Origin: an uncultured Planctomycetia bacterium
Lineage (GTDB): Bacteria > Omnitrophota > Gorgyraeia > 2-02-FULL-51-18
Length of the DNA: 42,938 bases
Assembly (NCBI GenBank): GCA_964497635.1
Contig: CAZCDB010000003.1
Location: 2,582 to 45,519 of the forward strand
Direction of reading: 5' to 3'
Position 1 is the first letter of the stretch, and each line of letters begins with the position of its first letter. Below are positions 36,669-42,938 of the stretch, one piece after another. The position numbers and the translations under genes were made by a program. Below the pieces are notes generated by a model, which was not told the origin of the DNA, searched no databases, and was given only the letters and a program-made list of their open reading frames with translations.

Positions 36669-38354
36669 ATGACAGCAAACCCACTGAATAGCAGAAGTTC
36701 TGAAATTACCGCCGGGGACTATCGTGCGCCCAATCGGGCGATGCTTCGTGCGGTGGGTTTTAAGGACGCGGATTTTGAGAAATCCATCATTGGGATTGCC
36801 AGCGCTTGGAGCAATCTCACCCCTTGCAACATGCACATTGACCAGCTGGCCCGCAAAGCGGACGAAGGGGTTCGCTCAGGCGGCGGCGTGCCGTTGACTT
36901 TCGGGACGATCACAGTTTCCGACGGAATTTCCATGGGAACGCAAGGGATGAAATATTCCCTGGTGAGTCGTGAGGTGATCGCGGACTCGATTGAAGTGGT
37001 TTCCTCGGCTCAGCGCTTTGATGGGCTTGTCGCCATCGGGGGTTGTGATAAAAATATGCCCGGCGCTCTCATGGCGATCGCGCGCATGAATATCCCCAGC
37101 GTTTTTGTCTACGGCGGCACGATCAAGCCCGGAAATTTTGAAGGCAAGGACATCGACATCGTCAGCATTTTTGAAGCGGTGGGTTCTTACAGTGCGGGGA
37201 AGATTACCAAGGATCAATTTAAAGGCGTGGAGTGCAACGCCTGTCCCGGGGCCGGCTCTTGCGGCGGGATGTACACGGCCAATACGATGGCCTCCGCGAT
37301 CGAGGCACTGGGAATGAGTCTGCCTTTTAGTTCCTCCGCGGATGCCGAAAGTGACCAAAAAAGAAAAGATACTCACGAAGCGGGCAAGGCCGTCCTTGAG
37401 CTTGTCAAAAAACAAATTCTTCCACGGTCGATTTTGACCAAAAAAGCTTTTGAAAATGCGATCACGGTGGTGATGGCCCTCGGCGGCTCGACCAATGCGG
37501 TGCTTCACTTGATGGCGATCGCCAATGAAGCGCGCGTGAAGCTTGTGCTCGATGATTTTAACCGCATCTCTAAAAAAGTCCCCCACCTGGCGAATCTTAA
37601 GCCCAGCGGTAAATATGTGATGAGTGATTTAAACAAAGTTGGCGGAATTCCAGGGGTCATGAAAATGCTTTTGGATGCCAAACTCATTCACGGGGATGCG
37701 ATGACCGTCACCGGAAAAACAGTGGCTGAGAATTTGAAAGATGTAAAACCAGTTTCCAACACTGAAATTGTGAAACCTCTTTCCAATCCTCTATACCCAA
37801 CGGGTCCTATGGTTGTTCTGCGTGGCAACTTGGCTCCCGAGGGGGCTGTCGCCAAGATCGGGGGTCTTAAAGTTTTTACACACCGTGGCCCCGCCCGCGT
37901 CTACAACTCCGAAGAAGAAACCTTGAAAGCGATTTTATCTAAAAAAATAAAACCTAACGATGTGATCGTTGTACGCTACGAAGGCCCCAAAGGCGGCCCC
38001 GGCATGCGCGAGATGCTGGCGGTCACCAGCGCCATCATCGGCGCGGGACTCGGAGACTCTGTAGCGCTTATCACGGACGGGCGATTCTCGGGCGGGACTC
38101 ACGGGTTTGTCGTGGGGCATGTGGCGCCGGAAGCGGCGGTGCGTGGACCCTTGGCAGCGCTCCAAAACGGGGATATCATCGAAATTGATGCCAAAAAGCT
38201 CTCGATTCGCGTCGAGCTTTCCGACAAAGAAATCAAAGCACGCCTTAAAAAACTAAAACCCTATTTTCCAAAAATTCGCACTGGGGTCTTGGCCAAATAT
38301 TCCCGTCTTGTTTCTTCTGCTGCCACCGGGGCGATCACCACGCATGACCTCTAA
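36669..38354 (+). CDS. ilvD: Dihydroxy-acid dehydratase
   Basis: [50 protein letters not shown] and TDGRFSGG motifs. Confidence 0.97.
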   Translation: MTANPLNSRSSEITAGDYRAPNRAMLRAVGFKDADFEKSIIGIASAWSNLTPCNMHIDQLARKADEGVRSGGGVPLTFGTITVSDGISMGTQGMKYSLVSREVIADSIEVVSSAQRFDGLVAIGGCDKNMPGALMAIARMNIPSVFVYGGTIKPGNFEGKDIDIVSIFEAVGSYSAGKITKDQFKGVECNACPGAGSCGGMYTANTMASAIEALGMSLPFSSSADAESDQKRKDTHEAGKAVLELVKKQILPRSILTKKAFENAITVVMALGGSTNAVLHLMAIANEARVKLVLDDFNRISKKVPHLANLKPSGKYVMSDLNKVGGIPGVMKMLLDAKLIHGDAMTVTGKTVAENLKDVKPVSNTEIVKPLSNPLYPTGPMVVLRGNLAPEGAVAKIGGLKVFTHRGPARVYNSEEETLKAILSKKIKPNDVIVVRYEGPKGGPGMREMLAVTSAIIGAGLGDSVALITDGRFSGGTHGFVVGHVAPEAAVRGPLAALQNGDIIEIDAKKLSIRVELSDKEIKARLKKLKPYFPKIRTGVLAKYSRLVSSAATGAITTHDL

Positions 38355-38961
38355 CCCCACCGGACTCCATTACGTCGTCGTGGACGTTGAAACCCAAAAG
38401 GGTTTTGGCGAGGTGGATCGAAAAAAACTTCATTTGTTAAAAGTCTCCGTCGCCTGTCTTTACGACTCCAAAACGGATAAGTATCTGGCTTTTGAAGAAA
38501 AAGAAATGCTCAAATTTGAGGACTATTTAAAAAAAGCAGACCTTATCATCGGTTTTAATATTCTAGGGTTTGATATGGAGGTTTTGGCTCCGTACCTAAT
38601 CACTCCCATCAAAAATTTCCCCGTACTGGATCTTTTGGATGAGTTTGAAAAAGCGCGCGGCCATCGCATCAGCCTTCAGAGCGTCGCGCAGGCAACCTTG
38701 GGCGAGTCCAAATCTGGCAGCGGCTTGGACGCCATCAAGTATTTTAATGAAGGACGTATGGATGAGCTTAAAAAGTACTGCATCGATGATGTGCGTATCA
38801 CCAAAGAGCTTTACGAATATGGTTTAAAGCACGGCAAAATATTTTTTGTCTCCAATCGAGATTATCAAAAGTATGAAGTCCCGATCAACTGGGCCAACGC
38901 GGTAAACGAGATTAAATCCCAGAAGAAAACCGAAAGCGCTTTTCCGACGAGTCTTTTCTGA
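38344..38961 (+). CDS. RNase H-like (YprB/DEDD-type) domain protein
   Basis: [31 protein letters not shown] and YCIDDVRIT motifs; ATG 38344 overlaps the end of ilvD. Confidence 0.8.
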   Translation: MTSNPTGLHYVVVDVETQKGFGEVDRKKLHLLKVSVACLYDSKTDKYLAFEEKEMLKFEDYLKKADLIIGFNILGFDMEVLAPYLITPIKNFPVLDLLDEFEKARGHRISLQSVAQATLGESKSGSGLDAIKYFNEGRMDELKKYCIDDVRITKELYEYGLKHGKIFFVSNRDYQKYEVPINWANAVNEIKSQKKTESAFPTSLF

Positions 38962-39278
38962 TGAGCTTTTATATTCGTATCTGGCAGGCCTGCGACGTAA
39001 ACGAAATTACCAAATGTCTTCTGATTGTCGGGGATGTGACCGCGGACTGCTCGGGTTGTCGGGAGCTTGGGATTGATTATACTCATGCACAAAATTGCCC
39101 TCAGTGCGGGGTGAAGTTTCGCTTTATTACTTCACGCAATACCGGGCGTTTGGATAAAAATCGCGGTGGCACGGTCAAGCGGATTAAAGAGCGTCGCCCT
39201 GATCTTACCTTTGTTGATTATGAGGACTACAAGGAAATTACAGGCAAACAGCAGGCGAGAGATTTTTTCTCATCTTAA
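38961..39278 (+). CDS. Small zinc-ribbon protein
   Basis: CSGC-x11-CPQC; its start overlaps the previous stop (TGATG). Confidence 0.7.
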   Translation: MSFYIRIWQACDVNEITKCLLIVGDVTADCSGCRELGIDYTHAQNCPQCGVKFRFITSRNTGRLDKNRGGTVKRIKERRPDLTFVDYEDYKEITGKQQARDFFSS

Positions 39279-39294
39279 AAAAAGAGGAGTCGTG

Positions 39295-39615
39295 ATGAAA
39301 AAGATAGCGGTTTTGATGTTAGGTTTTATTTTGGCAAGTTCTTTGTCTTGGGCCCAGAGCAGTCCTGACGCCCAGCGCCGGGCTCATCGTGAGGCAATGA
39401 AGGCTGTGAAGGCGGCCCAAAGAGAAGCCCGAAAAAATGCCCCCGCAGTGCCTGCCAATAAAGAGCCCGGCTTTTGGGCTCGAGAAGGAGAGCGCTCAGG
39501 CTTGGGGAGCATGAAAAATCCGACAGGTTTCTTAAGAAATTTAAACCCAATGCCGTTTTTTAAGACTCAGCAAGAGCAGTACAACGCTCGTAAGAACCAA
39601 GGCCAGACGACATAA
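39295..39615 (+). CDS. Small secreted hypothetical protein
   Basis: AGAGGAG ribosome site, then MKKIAVLMLGFILASSLSWA signal peptide; the track's 39166 start is probably too long. Confidence 0.75.
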   Translation: MKKIAVLMLGFILASSLSWAQSSPDAQRRAHREAMKAVKAAQREARKNAPAVPANKEPGFWAREGERSGLGSMKNPTGFLRNLNPMPFFKTQQEQYNARKNQGQTT

Positions 39616-39623
39616 ATTCTCTC

Positions 39624-40235
39624 ATGAAGATTGTTCGGCAAGTTACCATCTCCATTTTTTTCTTGATGGGGATGGTAACGACAGGCCGTGCGGAAGATAC
39701 CCCCTTGATCGACATCCAAAAAGAAAATCCAAAAATTTCAGTAGAGATCCGCTACAAAACCAAGGACAATTTTGTCGGAGAGCCTTTGTATCCTGAGACT
39801 GCCCGTGTTTTTTTAAGAAAAGAAGCTGCCCAAGCCCTCTTCAAAGTTCAAAAAGCCCTGGAGGCTAAAAAGCTAGGTCTTAAAATCTACGACGGCTATC
39901 GTCCGCTTTCTGTTCAGAAAAAGATGTGGGCCAAAGTTCCTGTAGAGGGTTATGTGGCCAATCCCGCCAAGGGTTCCAACCACAACCGTGGTATGGCGGT
40001 TGATTTGACGCTGGTGGACGACCAGGGCAAAGAGCTTCCCATGCCATCCGGCTATGATGAGTTTTCTGAGCGCGCTCATCGGGATTATCAGGGTGGCACA
40101 GAAGAGCAGAGGAAAAATCGCAAGCTTCTCCAAGACGCCATGGAGGCCGAAGGTTTCCACGGTATTTCAACCGAGTGGTGGCATTTTGATTATCTAAATG
40201 CCAAAGATTATCCCGTCCTTGATTATTCATTTTAA
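39624..40235 (+). CDS. ddpX: D-Ala-D-Ala dipeptidase (peptidase M15D, VanX/DdpX family), exported
   Basis: YDGYRP, SNHNRGMAVD (SxHxxGxAxD) and EWWHF motifs. Confidence 0.92.
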   Translation: MKIVRQVTISIFFLMGMVTTGRAEDTPLIDIQKENPKISVEIRYKTKDNFVGEPLYPETARVFLRKEAAQALFKVQKALEAKKLGLKIYDGYRPLSVQKKMWAKVPVEGYVANPAKGSNHNRGMAVDLTLVDDQGKELPMPSGYDEFSERAHRDYQGGTEEQRKNRKLLQDAMEAEGFHGISTEWWHFDYLNAKDYPVLDYSF

Positions 40236-40926
40236 GTCGTTTAAAAAATGGGGGGCACAGGCGGGGATTACCACTAGGGATTTTCCTCTGAAGCTTAAAA
40301 AAACAACAGATCTTGATTTGCCCGCCAAGCAAAAACAATTTTCGAAACTTATCCAAAAAGAAAATTGTGCCTATCTTCATCAGGTTCACGAAGCAAAAGT
40401 GGCTGTGATTGATTCAAAAAAGTATTTTCAGAAAAAAGGTTTCCATCGATTTTCAAAAACAGATGGAGCGATCACCAATATTCCGGGGCTAACTCTTCTT
40501 TGTATGACAGCAGACTGTCTCTCTATCTTTTTAGCGGCCCCGGGTTGGGTAGGGGTGGTGCATGCCGGATGGCGGGGAACCCAGAAAAAAATAGTAGAGA
40601 TCGCCGTGAAGCGCTTGCTTCAAAAATCGGGTTGCAAGCCCTCTCAAATCCACGTGCTTTTTGGACCCTCGATCTGTGGGAAGCATTACGAAGTGGGGGA
40701 AGAGTTTAAGAAATATTTCTTGCCCCCAGCACTGACTTATCAAAAAGGGAAGTACACTTTGGATCTTGTAAAAGAAAATAAGACCCAGCTTCGCGGATGC
40801 AGGATTCCTTCAAAAAACATTTTCCAATGTAGTTATTGCACAATCTCAAATGGAAGGCTTTTTTACTCTTTTCGCAAAGAAAAAGACTCTGCAGGCCGGA
40901 TGGTTTCTTTTATTACCCTGAATTAA
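40198..40926 (+). CDS. pgeF: PgeF/YfiH family protein
   Basis: QVH, TADCL, VHAGWRGT, GPSIC..HYEVG, CT...FYSFR motifs. Confidence 0.9.
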   Translation: MPKIIPSLIIHFKSFKKWGAQAGITTRDFPLKLKKTTDLDLPAKQKQFSKLIQKENCAYLHQVHEAKVAVIDSKKYFQKKGFHRFSKTDGAITNIPGLTLLCMTADCLSIFLAAPGWVGVVHAGWRGTQKKIVEIAVKRLLQKSGCKPSQIHVLFGPSICGKHYEVGEEFKKYFLPPALTYQKGKYTLDLVKENKTQLRGCRIPSKNIFQCSYCTISNGRLFYSFRKEKDSAGRMVSFITLN

Positions 40927-40929
40927 CAG

Positions 40930-41997
40930 TTAATTTTTTTCAGAGAAGATTTCTTCTTGATAGATCTTAATCAAGATGAAGAAGAGCGAGAGAACTGCCG
41001 GGGCCAGAAAAATCCCTGAAATTCCATACACTTGCAAACCTCCAAGGATTCCCAGGAAAAGTAGGATGTAAGGAAGTTTTGTTTTTTCTCCGATGAGGAT
41101 AGGTTTTAAGACATTGTCCACAAGGCTGATCACAAAGACTCCCAAACACAAAAGAATAATCGCAGAGCGATGCTGACCGATGATGGCAAGGTAAACTACA
41201 AAAGGCACCCACACCATAGCGGCTCCAAAGACCGGGACAAGCGCCGCTAAGAAGGTAACTCCTGCAAAGAACAGGGGCAGGGGCAGACCCAAGGCCCAGT
41301 AAATGGCGCCGGCGATCCCTGCCTGAGCGACCGCGGTCACGATCTGCCCGCGAAACACCGCCGAGAAGGTATCGCTAATCTGTGAAAAAATGATTTTCTT
41401 GATGTGTTCTTTTAAAGGAGTGATGCGATAGATGAAGCGGTAAATTTTATCCCCGTCCTTGAAGAAGAAAAACACAAGAAAGGTCATGAGAAAGAAGTTG
41501 ATGATCGCGGCAAAAAAACTCTTGGTGGCAAAGAGAGCCTGTTTGAAAGAAACGCGTCCGATAATCTCAGCAAAACCAACAAAGACACTCTTTAAGTTTT
41601 CGCGAATAAATTCTATCTGAAAAAGCTCAGAACTTTCCACTCTTTGGACCCATGGGTGAGACTTGATCTGTTCCACCAGTTTTTCAACGCCACCGACCTT
41701 GACCCAATTGAGTACCCAAACATAGGCACTTAGAACTTCACGGAGAAGATTGGTCAGGATCAGGACGATCAGAGGAACGAAAACGAGAAAAATAACCAAC
41801 GTTGCCAAAAAAGCTGCAATATCTCGCCGGTTTTTACAGACGGAGAGGATACGCTCAAAAAATGGATAAAACCCAAACGCAATTGTCGCTGCCCAGAAAA
41901 TCGGATGGATAAAAGGAGATAAAATGAGTAGCGTGCTATAAAGGATGAAAAGCAGAAGCGCCGCAAAGAAAAAGGAAATAATATTTTCGCGTGTCAT
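40930..41997 (-). CDS. AI-2E family transporter
   Basis: Multiple TM helices; FFFFKDG, LVPVFGA, DNVLKP, GILGGL..YG..GIFLAP motifs. Confidence 0.9.
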   Translation of the reverse strand: MTRENIISFFFAALLLFILYSTLLILSPFIHPIFWAATIAFGFYPFFERILSVCKNRRDIAAFLATLVIFLVFVPLIVLILTNLLREVLSAYVWVLNWVKVGGVEKLVEQIKSHPWVQRVESSELFQIEFIRENLKSVFVGFAEIIGRVSFKQALFATKSFFAAIINFFLMTFLVFFFFKDGDKIYRFIYRITPLKEHIKKIIFSQISDTFSAVFRGQIVTAVAQAGIAGAIYWALGLPLPLFFAGVTFLAALVPVFGAAMVWVPFVVYLAIIGQHRSAIILLCLGVFVISLVDNVLKPILIGEKTKLPYILLFLGILGGLQVYGISGIFLAPAVLSLFFILIKIYQEEIFSEKN

Positions 41998-42004
41998 GCC
42001 CGAA

Positions 42005-42013
42005 ATTATAGCA
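42005..42013 (-). promoter_or_regulatory. Extended -10 promoter (TGC-TATAAT), probable leaderless
   Basis: Minus strand reads TGCTATAAT-ttcgggc-ATG(41997). Confidence 0.7.
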
Positions 42014-42033
42014 CAACTATCGTCCGGTTGTCG

Positions 42034-42062
42034 TTGACAACCTCAAGCCTTAAGTCTAAGCT
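42034..42062 (+). promoter_or_regulatory. sigma70-type promoter for lemA
   Basis: TTGACA-N17-TAAGCT, with an AGGGGG ribosome site before ATG 42095. Confidence 0.65.
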
Positions 42063-42094
42063 AGAAACTCAACTTTTTAATAGGGGGTTTTATC

Positions 42095-42688
42095 ATGAAA
42101 ACAGGGATGAAGGTATTGCTAGTGATCTTGGGGATTATTTTATTAAGCGGGATGTTTTTTGCAGGGGCCTACAATAGCTTGGTAAGGCTGGATGAGGGGG
42201 TGAGTCAAGCGTGGTCTCAGGTGGAAAATGTTTATCAAAGACGAGTGGACCTGATCCCTAATTTGGTCGAAACCGTAAAGGGTTATGCGGCTCATGAAAA
42301 GTCGACCTTGATGGCGATTACCGAGGCGCGTGCCAAAGTAGGTAGTACAAGTCTCTCCCCAGAGATGCTCTCAGACCCGCAGAAATTTCAGGCTTTCCAA
42401 CAGTCTCAAGGAGCTTTAAGCTCAGCGCTGAGCCGGCTTTTGGTGGTGGCTGAAAAATATCCGGATTTGAAAGCCGATCAAAATTTTCTGGCACTTCAAG
42501 CTCAGATTGAAGGCACTGAAAATCGAATCTCGGTCGAGAGAGGGCGTTTTAATCAAGCAGCTCAGGCACTGAACACCAAACTTCGCTCTTTCCCTACCAA
42601 TGTGATTGGCGGGATGTTTGGGTTTAAAGCCAAAGAATATTTCAAATCAGATGCAGGAGCGGAGAAAGCTCCGAAGGTACAGTTTTAG
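42095..42688 (+). CDS. lemA: LemA family protein
   Basis: YNSLV, WSQVENVYQRRVDLIPNLVETVKGYA, YPDLKADQNF and EGTENRI motifs. Confidence 0.95.
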   Translation: MKTGMKVLLVILGIILLSGMFFAGAYNSLVRLDEGVSQAWSQVENVYQRRVDLIPNLVETVKGYAAHEKSTLMAITEARAKVGSTSLSPEMLSDPQKFQAFQQSQGALSSALSRLLVVAEKYPDLKADQNFLALQAQIEGTENRISVERGRFNQAAQALNTKLRSFPTNVIGGMFGFKAKEYFKSDAGAEKAPKVQF

Positions 42689-42809
42689 TGTTTTCGGCGG
42701 GTCCTGTCGCTGCGGTCTCCCATCGCGTCCTCGTCCCGTCCTTCGGCGGGACTGCGGGTCGACGGGAGCCCTCCTCCGCGCCACCCGCCGAGCGCAAAAA
42801 TAAAACTGT
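42679..42809. repeat. Palindromic element D, 131 bp, GC-rich
   Basis: ACAGTTTTA/TAAAACTGT (42679-42687 / 42801-42809) and TCGGCGGGT/ACCCGCCGA (42694-42702 / 42783-42791); inner GTCCCG...CGGGAC hairpin with a cUUCGg loop (42733-42752). Confidence 0.75.
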
Positions 42810-42828
42810 CCCTATCGTTTTTGCGAGA

Positions 42829-42938
42829 ATGGTGGGGATCTTTATTTTTCTTTTTTCACCCTCTGTATTTGCCCTCGAAATTCCTGAAAAGCCTCAGAAG
42901 TATGTTAATGATTATATCGGGATGCTTTCGTCGCCGAC
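42829..42938 (+). CDS. TPM-domain (YgcG-like) protein, N-terminal fragment
   Basis: MVGIFIFLFSPSVFALEIPEKPQKYVNDYIGMLS; VND motif and the usual position downstream of lemA. The start may be as early as GTG 42688. Confidence 0.75.
   Translation, partial: MVGIFIFLFSPSVFALEIPEKPQKYVNDYIGMLSSP

Noticed and set aside
36876-37586. 236-aa minus-strand ORF
   Set aside because: Antisense shadow of the GC-richer ilvD gene.
39624-40235. Vancomycin-resistance locus
   Set aside because: The VanX-family peptidase is alone, without vanH, vanA or vanRS, and appears exported; this fits ordinary cell-wall turnover.

Overview
Bacterial chromosomal window with no rRNA, tRNA, CRISPR array or transposase that I could recognise. 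The giant multidomain ORF and a stand-alone SWIB protein would fit a PVC-group organism such as Omnitrophota, but that is inference. The centrepiece is a 15.8-kb gene (20887-36648, 5253 aa) built like a polyprotein. It has a signal-like N-terminus and a TraB/TIKI/EreA-ChaN-like N-terminal domain. Eleven cargo modules follow, each preceded by an exact copy of the pentapeptide [A/G]ARLA; the recognisable domains (PAS, GH77 4-alpha-glucanotransferase, CBM+GH13, methyltransferase-like, hexokinase) lie intact between the motifs. The motif also shows narrow codon choice (core MGG-TTG-GC). Two paralogous secreted proteins of unknown function lie directly upstream. Elsewhere there are two more large secreted proteins (one runs off the left edge and is absent from the ORF track), a ppx-tmk-like x2-phoB-phoR cluster, and housekeeping genes (msrB, queC-like, panE, ilvD, ddpX, pgeF, AI-2E transporter, lemA, partial TPM). 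There are also four different palindromic intergenic elements and about six genes that look leaderless.
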